A stretch of DNA of 64,000 nt, from assembly GCA_052389995.1 (NCBI GenBank), contig JBQTHJ010000040.1:9491-73490 (forward strand). The letters run 5' to 3'. Under the pieces are notes generated by a model. It had not been told where the DNA came from and did not search any database. It worked only from the letters and a program-made list of their open reading frames with translations. This document shows positions 1 to 9,833 of the stretch, piece by piece. The stretch comes from Gemmatimonadaceae bacterium (GTDB taxonomy: Bacteria; Gemmatimonadota; Gemmatimonadetes; Gemmatimonadales; Gemmatimonadaceae). The position numbers were made by a program, and so were the translations under genes. Within the stretch, counting starts at the first letter, position 1. Each line of letters starts with the position of its first letter.

Positions 1-1
1 C

Positions 2-1168
2 GCCGCGCTCACCGCCGCCCCTGCGCTGCTCTTCACGTACGCGTACGTGGCGTACCCCGCGCTGCTCCGCATCCTCGCTCCACGAGCACCTTCGCTGCCT
101 CTCGGCGAGCACAGCGCGAATGACGACGCCGACTCGTGGCCGCACATCACCGTTACGGTGCCCGCATACAACGAGGAGCAGCGGATCGCGAGCGCGCTCG
201 ATGCGATCCTCGCCTCCGATTATCCGGCGGATCGGCGGCAGATGCTCGTCATCTCCGACGCGTCGACTGACCGCACCGACGAGATCGTGCGCTCGTACGC
301 GGATCGCGGTGTCGAGCTGCTGCGTCTCTCTCAGCGGAGAGGGAAGTCGGCTGCCGAGAATGCGGCTGGTCGCCACGCACGCGGTGACATCATCGTGAAT
401 GTCGATGCGTCGGTGAGCATCCTGCCCGGGTCGCTTCGCGCGCTGGTTCGCGTCTTCCGTGACCAGCGCATCGGCCTCGCGTCCGGGCGCGACGTGAGCG
501 TTGCCCCGGGGAATGCATCGCACGGTGGCGGCGAGTCGAAGTACGTCGGGTACGAGATGGGGATTCGCGCGCTCGAAACGCGTATCGACTCGATCGTTGG
601 CGCGAGCGGATGCTTCTACGGCATTCGCCGCGAGCTCTACGATCCGTCGTTCCCCGAGGAGCTGAGTCGCGATTTCGCGTCGGCGCTCATGGTTCGAGAG
701 CGCGGCTTCCGCGCCGTGTCGGTCGATGAGGCGGTGTGCTTCGTCCCTCGCGCGAGCGCGCTGCGAGCCGAGCTGCGACGCAAGGTGCGCACGATGGCGC
801 GTGGTCTGGAGACGCTCTGGTACATGCGCGCCCTGATGAACCCGGCGCGCTTCGGCGCCTACGCGTTCATGCTCGTGAGCCACAAGCTCTGTCGCTGGCT
901 CGTGTACCTCGCGCTTCCCGGTGCACTCCTCGGGTTGGCGATGCTGAGCGTGACGACACCGGAGATGCGGCTCGCGCTTCTGGCCGTGGTCGGAGGGATG
1001 GCACTCGGCACCGTCGCGCTCACCTGGCCGCGCGCCCGTGCACTCCCGCGCCCGCTCGCTCTGCTTGGCTTCGCGCTCGCCTCAGCGGTCGCCGGCGTGC
1101 TGGCGTGGATCAAGGTCGCGCGTCGCGAGCGGCTGCCAATCTGGGAGCCGACGCGCCGTACTGCCTAA
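2..1168 (+). CDS. Family 2 glycosyltransferase, membrane-bound (5' end outside window)
   Basis: Track ORF 47..1168. The same frame stays open back to base 2 (AALTAAPALLFTYAYV, TM-like), so the N-terminus is cut by the window edge. GT-A hallmarks TVTVPAYNEE and ISDASTDRTDEI are present, with hydrophobic C-terminal helices. Confidence 0.85.
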   Translation, partial: AALTAAPALLFTYAYVAYPALLRILAPRAPSLPLGEHSANDDADSWPHITVTVPAYNEEQRIASALDAILASDYPADRRQMLVISDASTDRTDEIVRSYADRGVELLRLSQRRGKSAAENAAGRHARGDIIVNVDASVSILPGSLRALVRVFRDQRIGLASGRDVSVAPGNASHGGGESKYVGYEMGIRALETRIDSIVGASGCFYGIRRELYDPSFPEELSRDFASALMVRERGFRAVSVDEAVCFVPRASALRAELRRKVRTMARGLETLWYMRALMNPARFGAYAFMLVSHKLCRWLVYLALPGALLGLAMLSVTTPEMRLALLAVVGGMALGTVALTWPRARALPRPLALLGFALASAVAGVLAWIKVARRERLPIWEPTRRTA

Positions 1169-1210
1169 CTGGAGCGTATTGGCAGCAGGAACCGTCCGGC
1201 ACCCCAGAAG

Positions 1211-1247
1211 AAAAGGAGTGAGGAACCAGGTTCCTCACTCCTCTTTT
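1211..1247. terminator. Bidirectional hairpin terminator between convergent GT2 and sugar-transferase genes
   Basis: AAAAGGAGTGAGGAACC a GGTTCCTCACTCCTCTTTT: 14-bp perfect stem plus A/T extension. An A-run on one side and a T-run on the other serve both strands. Confidence 0.6.
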
Positions 1248-1278
1248 CGCATGGCTCATCGCCAGTGATCGCGCGCTC

Positions 1279-2100
1279 TTACCAGCCTCCGCGATGGAAC
1301 AGCATGACCGGCACCGTCTTCGCCATGATCTTGAGGTCCTCGACGACGCTGCGGCGCTCGAGGTACTCGAGATCGTAGCGCACCTTGCGCCGCACGTCGT
1401 CGACGCATGAGTCGTACGACTGATTGATCTGCGCCCACCCCGTGATGCCCGGGCGAGCCAGCTGGCGCTTCGGATACTCGGCGATGTCCTCACGCAGCCG
1501 GGCGAAGATGCTCGGGCGCTCCGGGCGAGGGCCGACGATATTCATGTCGCCGCGCACCACGTTGATCAGTTGCGGCAGCTCATCGAGACGGCTCCTGCGC
1601 AGGAAGCGACCGACCGTGGTGACGCGCGAGTCGCGTCGCGCCGCCCACACCGCGCCCGATTCGCGCTCGGCATCCACGCGCATCGTCCGGAACTTGTAGA
1701 TCGTGAAGATCGTGCCGCCGAGGTCGCGTGTGCGACGGTCGTACCGCGTGTCGGAATGACGACCGCGCCGATCGAGCCCGACGCGCGGCTGCAGATAAAA
1801 GATCGGTCCGCGCGATGTGACCTTGATCGCGAGCGCGATCACGAGCAGCAGCGGTGACAGAAGCATCAGCGCGACCAGCGCGAGCGTGACATTGACAACG
1901 CGTATGGCGCGTTCCGATGAGAGAGCGCCGCTCGGCGCTGCTTCCGGGCGCGCGAGCAGCGAGACGTCGGCACGGCGGCCTGTGTCGAGACTTCGGGCCG
2001 CGCCCGGCGAGCTCCCCGTGCTCGAGGGAGCCGCCGTCGTCCGCAGCATCGCGAGACGCTCGGCATTGCTCCCCATCGACAGCTCGATCTCAGGAGTCAC
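1279..2100 (-). CDS. Undecaprenyl-phosphate sugar phosphotransferase (bacterial sugar transferase, WbaP/EpsL-like)
   Basis: 273-aa ORF with an N-terminal TM helix, then IFYLQPRVGLDRRG, FTIYKFRTM and DELPQLINVVRGDMNIVGPRPERP, the classic bacterial sugar transferase signature. Confidence 0.9.
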   Translation of the reverse strand: MTPEIELSMGSNAERLAMLRTTAAPSSTGSSPGAARSLDTGRRADVSLLARPEAAPSGALSSERAIRVVNVTLALVALMLLSPLLLVIALAIKVTSRGPIFYLQPRVGLDRRGRHSDTRYDRRTRDLGGTIFTIYKFRTMRVDAERESGAVWAARRDSRVTTVGRFLRRSRLDELPQLINVVRGDMNIVGPRPERPSIFARLREDIAEYPKRQLARPGITGWAQINQSYDSCVDDVRRKVRYDLEYLERRSVVEDLKIMAKTVPVMLFHRGGW

Positions 2101-2109
2101 GAGGTCGAA

Positions 2110-2886
2110 TCAGCGCGTAAGGCCCACGATCGCCACCAACGCTCCCCCCAAGGCGACGAACATCTGCACCGTCGAGCCGAGTCCGCCACGGCGTCGCTGT
2201 CCAACGATGATCTCATCACCTGCTCGGAGATTCAGTTGATCGAGCGTCATGCCCTGCGACATCGCGATGCGAACGTCCTTCTTCGTCCACACTTCTCGCG
2301 TGCCGCGTCGAATTACGGTCGCGCTCAGGTCCGCGTCGCCCGTTGGGCCGCCAGCGAGCATGATCACGTCTGCCAGCAGGGACGACGGAGTGACGGGGAG
2401 GAACCCAGGTCGGTTGACGCTACCGACGACCGCGACGCGCATTAGTGACGCCGTTTCAATTTGCGGATCGCGTACGTAACGGCCTATGTGGCGCGTGAGC
2501 ACGCTCTGAAGCTCGGAGCGCAGCACACCCACGAGCGAGAGTTCGTCGAGGTTCGGCAGCTGGAGAGCGCGGCCGGCGCGAACCGTGAACGTGTCGGTGA
2601 GACTGGAGTCTCCGCGCACGCGGAGGAGGACGCGGTCGCCGACCTGAAAATCCCCGTCGCGTAGCCGCTCGCGAAGCCCCTCTCCTTCGAGCCGCTTGCG
2701 TTCCCGCGTCTGCTCATCGACCTGGCGGTCGCGCGATTGACGCTCCGCCTCCTCAGCCGCAGCCTCGAGCTCGGGGCGCGTCGCGAAGGCGCGGCGTTCC
2801 GCGTCGTTGGACTGCGCCTGGAGGGGCGAGAAGAGCGACAGCGCGACGAGGGCGAGCGCGGAAACGAAACGCGGGGGGGTAGGCAT
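2110..2886 (-). CDS. Polysaccharide export protein (Wza/SLBB-type)
   Basis: Signal peptide MPTPPRFVSALALVALSLFSPLQAQ. FQVGDRVLLRV...TVRAGRALQLPNL and GDEIIVG SLBB-like segments. Stops 9 nt upstream of the sugar-transferase start. An alternative GTG start lies at 2904. Confidence 0.8.
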   Translation of the reverse strand: MPTPPRFVSALALVALSLFSPLQAQSNDAERRAFATRPELEAAAEEAERQSRDRQVDEQTRERKRLEGEGLRERLRDGDFQVGDRVLLRVRGDSSLTDTFTVRAGRALQLPNLDELSLVGVLRSELQSVLTRHIGRYVRDPQIETASLMRVAVVGSVNRPGFLPVTPSSLLADVIMLAGGPTGDADLSATVIRRGTREVWTKKDVRIAMSQGMTLDQLNLRAGDEIIVGQRRRGGLGSTVQMFVALGGALVAIVGLTR

Positions 2887-3343
2887 GGCGGCGCCGAGTT
2901 GCACTCCGCGTGCTAGGCACCGCGTCGAACGGTGCGCGCGTCAACCGCTTATGCTACACAGTTTTGCGTGTCAGAGCACACAGCGCGCACAGGGCCCACT
3001 GCGCATTCTGTGGCGGAGTGGCCACAACAACCCGAAGCAACTCCACAACGCGCGATCCTCTTCCATGTGGTCTTGGCTGGCCACGTGATTGCAGAGTCTT
3101 CTCGAAGAGGTCTCTGGTGCCGCCCGCAGGTTCAAGGAGGTCATGTCCTGCCCAATGCCTCACGTATCCATCGCGTTGTGTGGCGACAGTGCGTCAGGAG
3201 CATACGAATCTGGTGTTGTTCGTCGTGTCAACCCAAAGTGGCCGAACGAGTTGGAAAACGGCTCGTCGGACGCATGACTCCTGCGTGCACGATGGCGCTC
3301 CGTCCCCCCGTGCCTTGCGCCGCTAGGAGAATGCAATCTGTCC

Positions 3344-4303
3344 ATGAGTCGTAGCGAGAATCTGACGCGTCCGCCCCTGGTCCTGATCGCCAACGACCAG
3401 GAATGGTCCGCGCGCTCGCTCGAGAGCATTCTCGGCCCGGCTGGCTATGCCGTCCTGCGCGCCTACACGGGCCGACAGGCCCTCGAGCTCGCGCGGAGCG
3501 CGCAGCCCGATGTCCTGGTGATCGACGTTCGTCTTCCCGACATCGACGGCGCCGATGTGTGCCGCACGATTCGCGACGACCCGCGTGTCAGCGACACGAC
3601 GCCGATCCTGATGACGTCGTCCGGCCCGCTCTCGAGGTCGCAGCGCGCCGAGACGTACCGCGCGGGAGCGTGGGAGATCTGCGCGCAGCCGCTGGACGGC
3701 GAGATCCTGCTCGTGAAGCTCGAGACGTTCATGCGCTCGAAGCGCGAAGTCGACCGCGTGCGCGAAGAGAATCTCGTCGACGACCTGACTGGGTTGTACA
3801 ACATGCGCGGGCTCGCGCGCCGCGCGCGCGAGATGGGCGCTGAGGCGTTCCGCCGCCATGACCCACTCGCGTGCGTCGTCTTCGGACCGGACATCTTCGC
3901 CAGCGGGTCGGGCGGCGATGGTCTCGACGCCGCCGTGCAGGAAGCGATTCGCCGAATCGGCGAGGTCTTCCGCACGACCGGCAGAGTGTCCGACGCGATC
4001 GGTCGCCTCGGCCAGAGTGAGTTCGCGATCATCGCTCTCCGGACGGAGGCGAACGGTGTGCTGCGCCTGGTCGATCGCTTCCGTGCCGCCGTCGAAGGCG
4101 CCACGGTGACCGTCGCGGGGAGTGAAGTCCCCATGCGGTTGCGGGCTGGCTATTACGCCGTGCCCGACTTCGCATCGGCCTCCGTGGACGCGGTGGAAAT
4201 GCTCCTGCGCGCAACGGCGGCGCTTCATCACACTCGCACGTCGGACGGTGTGGTGCTTCGGTCGTTCGATGCCCTCCCGAGCGAAGCGCTGAGCTGCCCG
4301 TAA
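3344..4303 (+). CDS. Response regulator: receiver domain plus degenerate GGDEF-like domain
   Basis: The receiver has DVLVIDVRLPDIDG. The C-terminal half has DDLTGLYNMRGL (GGDEF N-terminal motif), but the active-site position reads RLGQSEFAII (GQSEF instead of GG[D/E]EF) and the DxFK..ND..GH block is not recognisable. Confidence 0.8.
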   Translation: MSRSENLTRPPLVLIANDQEWSARSLESILGPAGYAVLRAYTGRQALELARSAQPDVLVIDVRLPDIDGADVCRTIRDDPRVSDTTPILMTSSGPLSRSQRAETYRAGAWEICAQPLDGEILLVKLETFMRSKREVDRVREENLVDDLTGLYNMRGLARRAREMGAEAFRRHDPLACVVFGPDIFASGSGGDGLDAAVQEAIRRIGEVFRTTGRVSDAIGRLGQSEFAIIALRTEANGVLRLVDRFRAAVEGATVTVAGSEVPMRLRAGYYAVPDFASASVDAVEMLLRATAALHHTRTSDGVVLRSFDALPSEALSCP

Positions 4304-4308
4304 GACAC

Positions 4309-4360
4309 GACCGCCGCCCCGTGCTCGATCGAGCACTGGGCGGCGGTCGTTTTTGTTCTT
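4309..4360. terminator. Rho-independent terminator shared by convergent genes
   Basis: GACCGCCGCCC cGTGCTCGATCGAGCACt GGGCGGCGGTC followed by GTTTTTGTTCTT. It sits between the stop at 4303 (+) and the stop at 4359 (-). Confidence 0.65.
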
Positions 4361-6866
4361 ATCTGCTGATGATGCCGGCGGGAAGACGCCGTACTTCCTC
4401 CTCCTCCTCATCGTCCATGTGATAGCCGTACTCGTACGAGTAGTACCGGTACGCGCCGGCGTCTCCGATGTCGTTGAGAACCGCGCCGAGGATCCGCACC
4501 GGAAGGCGATCGAGCACCTCGAGCTTCGCTTCGGCCAGCTTGCGATCGCTCTCGCCGGTGCGCAGGACGATCACGAGGTTGTGCGTCGTCGCACCGAGGG
4601 CGAAGGGATCGATGCCGGCACTGAGCGGCGGACTGTCGACGACGATCGCATCGTACTGCGCGCGAAACGCGCGCATCAGCGCGTTCATCGACTCCGACGA
4701 GAGCAGCTCGGGACCGCGTCGCCGCCGCGCACCGCAGGGGATGAGCGTGAGATTGTGGTGCGTCGAGGGCCGTACGATCTCTTCCTGTCGCGCGTCGCCA
4801 AGCAGGCAGTCGACGAGGCCCGGGCGTCGGTCGGCGCCGAACATGTCGTGAAGCTGGCCGCGACGGATGTCGCCGTCGACGAGCAGCGTACGGTAGCCGG
4901 CTTCGGCGAACGAGAGCGCGAGGTTCGACGACACGAACGACTTGCCGTCGCCCGCGTTCGGGCTCGTGATCGTGACCGTCAGCGGCCCGTCGGGCTCCCG
5001 CGCCTGGCTCAATCCGAGCCGGATGGTGCGGAACGCCTCGACGACCTGGGACGCTTCCTCCGGATCGAGCTTCCCGCGTTTGACTTTTCGAATCGACGGC
5101 ACGCCGCCAATGATGTTGAGGCCGAGCTCGCGCGTGACCTGCGACGGATAGCGTATACGACGGTCGAGGTGGTCGAGCAGAATCGCCAACGCGATCGCGA
5201 TCCCAAAACCCGCGAGCACCGCCATCAGGATGAGCTTCATGCCCATGCCGTTGCTAGGAAACTGAGGTGCGACCGCGGAGTCGAGGAGCTGCACATCCGG
5301 TACGGCGCTCGCTTCCGCAAGTCTTGCCTCCTCGTAACGGCTCTTGAGCGACGTGTAGAGATTGTCCGCGACGCCGACCTGCCGCTGAAGGCGCATCTCC
5401 TCAATGGTGCGTGTCGGGATCTCGCGCATTTCACGCGACGCGCTCGCAATTCGCCGGTCGAGCTCCCCCTCGCGCCGACGCAACTGATCGAGCAGGCGCG
5501 TGGCGAGCGCGGGAATCGTCTGCGTGCGAAGCGTTTCGATGTTCGCGACCAGATCCTTCACTGCATGGTGCTCGTCCGTGTAGAACTCGCGCGCCGATCG
5601 AAGCTGCGACTCCTTCGTGTTGAGCTCGGAGAGCGCCGTCCGGAGATTCTGCGATCCCTCGAGAATCGACGGCACTGACAGGAACGCCTCGGGCGTGATC
5701 GATCCACGCCGTGCCTCCGCGATGATGTTCTCGAGTGCCTCGCGGTCGCGGCGGATATCGTCGAACTGGAGCTTCTGATTGAAGAAGCTCTCGAATACCG
5801 GGTCGCGCGTCAGCTCGGAACCGCCCGCTACTGGCGTTCCCTCGGATGGTTTGGTGATGGTGCTGATCTTGAAATCTTCGAGCGCGATCTCGGACTTGCG
5901 GAGCTCGCGCTCAGCATAGCGGAGCTGCTCTTCGAGGATCTTCGTGAACTCGACGAGCTCCCGCTTTTTGAGCACGGCGGCGGTGGCGAGGAACTGGTCG
6001 ACCCACTCGTTGAGCGTCGCGGCCGTCTTTTGGGGATCGTTGCCCGACAGCGTCAGGCGCAAGAAGTTGCTTCCTTGCGGAAGGATCGCGGTAATTCGCT
6101 GCGCGAGAGTCAGCGACGCCTCGCGCGGAGTCACGACGGCGAATCGAATCACCCCACCCGGGGGAAGGAGCTGCTGCCCCGGCCGCCACCCGAATCCGAC
6201 GGCCCGCCCGATGGAGTCGCCGATGGCACCGCGTTCGACGACGTTCTCGTCACCAACGACGAGCATATACTCGGTTCCGCCGCGATCGACACGCAGCTCG
6301 TAGATTCCGGAACGCATCCGCTCTGTGGGAGCGAAGCTGCCAAACACGAGGGAGTCGCCGGCTGACGCTGGCAGGAGGTAGAGTTGCCGCTTGCGGACCA
6401 CCGGATCGAGCACGACGCCACTGCGGAGTAGCTCGATCCACGAGCCCGATGTTAGAAGCTCCTCTGCCCGAATCGGCCCGCGGTCGCGATCGGGAGTTTC
6501 ACTCGCCACCCACACTTTCGCGCTCACGGTATACACGGGCGCGATGAATCTCGTGAAGGTGGCGCCGGCGGCGCCGCCGAGGATTACGATCGCGGCGATC
6601 AGCCACTTGAAGCGGAGGATCGCGGCGATGTACCGACCCCATGGAAGCCCTTCCTCACCGGTGTCCGGCGGCTCGGCGGGCCCCCACGCTGCTGGCGGCG
6701 GTGTGTACGAGGAAGGTGCGAGTCCCGTGGCCGGGCGCGTAACGGACGGAAGATTGGAGTCGGGCATGTCCTGGCGGTCGATGAGCCGCAGTCGGTCGCG
6801 GTGCCTCGCGTGAGCAACACTGCGAGACAGACGCCGCCTGCTGCGCAATTCCGGGCCCATGCCCAC
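4359..6866 (-). CDS. Polysaccharide co-polymerase / tyrosine autokinase (Wzc/GumC-like)
   Basis: Wzz-type TM plus coiled-coil periplasmic region. Walker A in TITSPNAGDGKSFVSSNLA. C-terminal tyrosine cluster AYRYYSYEYGYH followed by an acidic tail. Start uncertain (alternative ATG at 6767). Confidence 0.9.
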   Translation of the reverse strand: MGMGPELRSRRRLSRSVAHARHRDRLRLIDRQDMPDSNLPSVTRPATGLAPSSYTPPPAAWGPAEPPDTGEEGLPWGRYIAAILRFKWLIAAIVILGGAAGATFTRFIAPVYTVSAKVWVASETPDRDRGPIRAEELLTSGSWIELLRSGVVLDPVVRKRQLYLLPASAGDSLVFGSFAPTERMRSGIYELRVDRGGTEYMLVVGDENVVERGAIGDSIGRAVGFGWRPGQQLLPPGGVIRFAVVTPREASLTLAQRITAILPQGSNFLRLTLSGNDPQKTAATLNEWVDQFLATAAVLKKRELVEFTKILEEQLRYAERELRKSEIALEDFKISTITKPSEGTPVAGGSELTRDPVFESFFNQKLQFDDIRRDREALENIIAEARRGSITPEAFLSVPSILEGSQNLRTALSELNTKESQLRSAREFYTDEHHAVKDLVANIETLRTQTIPALATRLLDQLRRREGELDRRIASASREMREIPTRTIEEMRLQRQVGVADNLYTSLKSRYEEARLAEASAVPDVQLLDSAVAPQFPSNGMGMKLILMAVLAGFGIAIALAILLDHLDRRIRYPSQVTRELGLNIIGGVPSIRKVKRGKLDPEEASQVVEAFRTIRLGLSQAREPDGPLTVTITSPNAGDGKSFVSSNLALSFAEAGYRTLLVDGDIRRGQLHDMFGADRRPGLVDCLLGDARQEEIVRPSTHHNLTLIPCGARRRRGPELLSSESMNALMRAFRAQYDAIVVDSPPLSAGIDPFALGATTHNLVIVLRTGESDRKLAEAKLEVLDRLPVRILGAVLNDIGDAGAYRYYSYEYGYHMDDEEEEEVRRLPAGIISR

Positions 6867-6979
6867 CCACGCTCTCGCTGGCTCGAACGCCTCCTTTGTG
6901 ATTCAGGCTGTTGGCGTTACGCCACAAAAGCGTTGTGTTCGGGAAACAAATAAGTGTGGCTTCCGGTCTACGATCGCCC

Positions 6980-7006
6980 TTGACACGCGCCACAGCGGGT
7001 TAATAT
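6980..7006 (+). promoter_or_regulatory. Possible sigma70-type promoter for the sigma54-activator/kinase operon
   Basis: TTGACA (6980..6985) and TAATAT (7001..7006) lie in an AT-richer island about 100 nt upstream of the ATG at 7106. The spacer is only 15 nt (16-17 if the -10 is read as AATATT/ATATTG). Confidence 0.3.
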
Positions 7007-7105
7007 TGGTCTCCGCCCACCAGTCGCGGGCCAGACCCTTGCGGTCCCCGGTGCTCGCAAATCCCCCCGATTTCCGCACTACTCGTTCTCTTCCAGGGAG
7101 CATCG

Positions 7106-8626
7106 ATGACGACCCCGGTCGCCGAGCAGGCCGAGTACACTCCGAGCGCCGACGCGCAGCGTGACCCGCTCTCCATTCCATCCGAGGTCAAGGCGTCGAT
7201 CTCCATCCTGGTAGTCGACGACGACCGCACCCTCCGTGAAGGCTGCGCGAGCGTCCTCCAGATCGACGGCTACAATGTGAGCTTCACCGGGCGCGGTGAC
7301 GAGGCCATCGAGATGGTCCGGCGGCGGAAGTACGACGTCATCCTGGTTGACCTCTACATGACCCCCGTCTCGGGCATGGACGTGCTCAAGGCGGCTCTGG
7401 GCGGGCACAAGGATACGATCGTCGTCGTCATGACGGGTAACCCAAGTGTCACGACCAGCATCGAAGCGTTGCGGGCGGGCGCCTGGGACTATCTGCCCAA
7501 GCCCTTCTCGGCCACCCACCTTCAGGTGCTGATCGGCCGCGCTTCGCACGCCGTGATGGTGGCGCGGGAAACGCGCGATCTCCGATTCCAACTCCTCAAG
7601 CAGAACGGCAACAGCGACAAGATCGCCCTCCTCGGCGTCTCGCCCGCGTTCAGAAAAGCGGTGGAGCTGGCGCGCAAGGTTGCTCCAACGGACGCGTCGG
7701 TGATGATCACCGGCGAGAGCGGAACGGGGAAGGAAGTCATCGCGCAATTCATTCACCGACACAGCCGCCGCGCGAGCCGCAAACTCGTTCCGGTGAACTG
7801 CGCCGCGCTCCCGGAGCCGCTGCTGGAGTCGGAGATGTTCGGCCACAAGAAGGGTGCGTTCACTGGGGCCGATCGTGACAAGCCGGGTCTGCTCGAGGTG
7901 GCGAACGGGGGAACGTTCTTCCTCGATGAGCTGACGGAGATGTCGCAGCCGCTTCAGGCGAAGCTGCTCCGCGTGATTCAGGATGGCGTGGTCCGTCGCG
8001 TCGGAAGCGAGAACCAGGACGCCGTCGTCGACGTCCGCTTCATCTCGGCCACGAACCGCGACCCCCAGGATGCGGTGAAGCAGGGCGTGCTGCGGGAGGA
8101 CCTGTTCTATCGCCTCCGCGTGGTCCCGATTCAGCTCCCGCCGCTGCGGAAGCGTCTCGAGGACATTCCGCTCCTCGCCAATCACTTCCTGGCCTACTAC
8201 TGGGAGCGCCACCGCCAGACGGGCGAGCCCGCGCCGAAGCTCACCGAATCGGCGATCGATTTCCTTCGCGCGAAGCCGTGGCGGGGAAACGTCCGCGAGC
8301 TACAGAACGTGATCGAGCACGTCGCGGTGCTGGCCGAGCCCAATCAGCCGATCCAGCCCGACGACATTCCGATGTACGATGAGGCGCCTCTCGAGGTGCC
8401 GTCCGATGGGGCCATTCCGTCCGGCATTCTGGATGACGCGTACCATCCGGCGAAGGACCGGCTGGTGGCGCACTTCGAGAAGGAGTACCTCTCCAGGCTG
8501 GTGTCCCGGGCGGGGGGCAACATGTCCAAGGCCGCCCGTCTTGCGAGTATCGATCGGACGACCTTATATCGTCTCATGGAGAAGCACAATTTCCAGCGGA
8601 GTGAGTTGACCGGGTTCGCCGAGTGA
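7106..8626 (+). CDS. Sigma54-dependent response regulator (NtrC family: receiver, AAA+, Fis-type HTH)
   Basis: Receiver with DVILVDLYMTPVSG. Walker A GESGTGKEV. GAFTGA loop (KKGAFTGADR). C-terminal HTH NMSKAARLASIDRTTLYRLM. Confidence 0.92.
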   Translation: MTTPVAEQAEYTPSADAQRDPLSIPSEVKASISILVVDDDRTLREGCASVLQIDGYNVSFTGRGDEAIEMVRRRKYDVILVDLYMTPVSGMDVLKAALGGHKDTIVVVMTGNPSVTTSIEALRAGAWDYLPKPFSATHLQVLIGRASHAVMVARETRDLRFQLLKQNGNSDKIALLGVSPAFRKAVELARKVAPTDASVMITGESGTGKEVIAQFIHRHSRRASRKLVPVNCAALPEPLLESEMFGHKKGAFTGADRDKPGLLEVANGGTFFLDELTEMSQPLQAKLLRVIQDGVVRRVGSENQDAVVDVRFISATNRDPQDAVKQGVLREDLFYRLRVVPIQLPPLRKRLEDIPLLANHFLAYYWERHRQTGEPAPKLTESAIDFLRAKPWRGNVRELQNVIEHVAVLAEPNQPIQPDDIPMYDEAPLEVPSDGAIPSGILDDAYHPAKDRLVAHFEKEYLSRLVSRAGGNMSKAARLASIDRTTLYRLMEKHNFQRSELTGFAE

Positions 8627-9819
8627 CGCTGAGATCGACTGCGGCCGGCCGAGCCAGTCCGCGGCGCCGCAGGTCTGCCAACGCCATGGCACGCGAGAGT
8701 GGAGATTCGTACTTGACCGAGTACGCTCCCCCGCGGATCTCGGGGGAACTCGCCGAGTTTACCGCGGAGGGCATCACCGGCGAGATCGGGGGCGCGTTGG
8801 AGCGCGCGATCCTCCGCGTCCGCGAGTCATGGGACACGGGCCAGGACGGCTCGAGCCCGGAAGACTTGCGCATGCGCCTCGCGTGCCTGTGCAAGGCCAT
8901 CCGCCAGACGTTCGTCGGTGAAGAGCCGGAGCTCACCGAGATCGCGCCCCCGGTGCCCGGGCGTCGGATGCTCGAGAGCGTACGGTCCGGGTTCATCGCC
9001 GAGATGGAATCGGTGGAGTCACCGGACCCGCAGCTGCTGATTCACGTGCTGGGCACGATAGAGCGTGTACAGACCGCGCTCGACCGCGACAGCGCGCAGC
9101 GCTTCGCGAACAAGCTGAGCGGGCCCGACGGCCTCGACATGGTGGTCGAGGTCGCACACGACCTGCGATCGCCGCTCGCGTCGATTCTCTTCCTCGCGGA
9201 AACACTTCGCAAGGGACAGAGCGGCGCGATCAATCCCATCCAGGAGCGGCAGCTTGGCCTCGTCTACAGCGCCGCGTTTGGTCTGAGCGCACTGGCGAGC
9301 GATGTCATCGAGCTGGTGCGTGGCGGCGAGCGTCTCATGGATCTGCATCCCTCGCCGTTCTCGGTGGCCGAGACGCTCCAGGCGGTACGGGACATCGTGC
9401 TGCCGATCGCAGAGGAGAAGGGGCTGAGGGTTCGCGCCACGCCTCCCGACACGGATCTGCGCATCGGTCATCCGATGGCTCTCAACCGCGTGCTGCTGAA
9501 CCTCACCACGAACGCGCTCAAGTTCACCTCGGAAGGGCAGGTGGAGGTCACCTGCCGCCCGCTGACGAAGACGCTCCTCGAGTTCTCGGTGAAGGACACC
9601 GGGCGCGGCATTCCCAACGAGGTGCTTCCGACGCTGTTCGACGCGTTCCGCCGTCGCGTGAAGCCCGGCCAATACACCTTCTCCAGCGCCGGTCTCGGAC
9701 TCTCCATCTGCCGGAAGCTGGTCTCGCGGATGGGCGGCGAGATGAAGGTGGAGACGGCGCCCGGCTACGGGACGCGCTTCCACTTCGAGCTGGAGCTCCC
9801 GGTCGCGACACGCCTGTAG
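8623..9819 (+). CDS. Sensor histidine kinase, apparently soluble (HisKA + HATPase_c)
   Basis: H-box VAHDLRSPLASI. N-box LLNLTTNALKF. G-boxes DTGRGI and GLGLSICRKLV. No obvious TM segment. The GTG at 8623 overlaps the upstream stop (GTGA). An alternative ATG lies at 8686. Confidence 0.85.
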   Translation: MTLRSTAAGRASPRRRRSANAMARESGDSYLTEYAPPRISGELAEFTAEGITGEIGGALERAILRVRESWDTGQDGSSPEDLRMRLACLCKAIRQTFVGEEPELTEIAPPVPGRRMLESVRSGFIAEMESVESPDPQLLIHVLGTIERVQTALDRDSAQRFANKLSGPDGLDMVVEVAHDLRSPLASILFLAETLRKGQSGAINPIQERQLGLVYSAAFGLSALASDVIELVRGGERLMDLHPSPFSVAETLQAVRDIVLPIAEEKGLRVRATPPDTDLRIGHPMALNRVLLNLTTNALKFTSEGQVEVTCRPLTKTLLEFSVKDTGRGIPNEVLPTLFDAFRRRVKPGQYTFSSAGLGLSICRKLVSRMGGEMKVETAPGYGTRFHFELELPVATRL

Positions 9820-9833
9820 ACGAGAAACCGCTG

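Noticed and set aside
3239-3254. Sigma54-like promoter TGGCCGAACGAGTTGG upstream of the response regulator gene.
   Set aside because: The spacing is one nt too long, and the -12 element reads TTGG rather than TTGC. No better TGGCAC-N5-TTGC match was seen in the intergenic regions I scanned.
7106-9819. The sigma54 activator plus kinase next to EPS genes could be the PEP-CTERM PrsR/PrsK pair.
   Set aside because: The kinase is short and shows no TM segments, unlike what I recall of PrsK. No exosortase or PEP-CTERM genes are visible in the window. I kept the generic NtrC-family/HK call.
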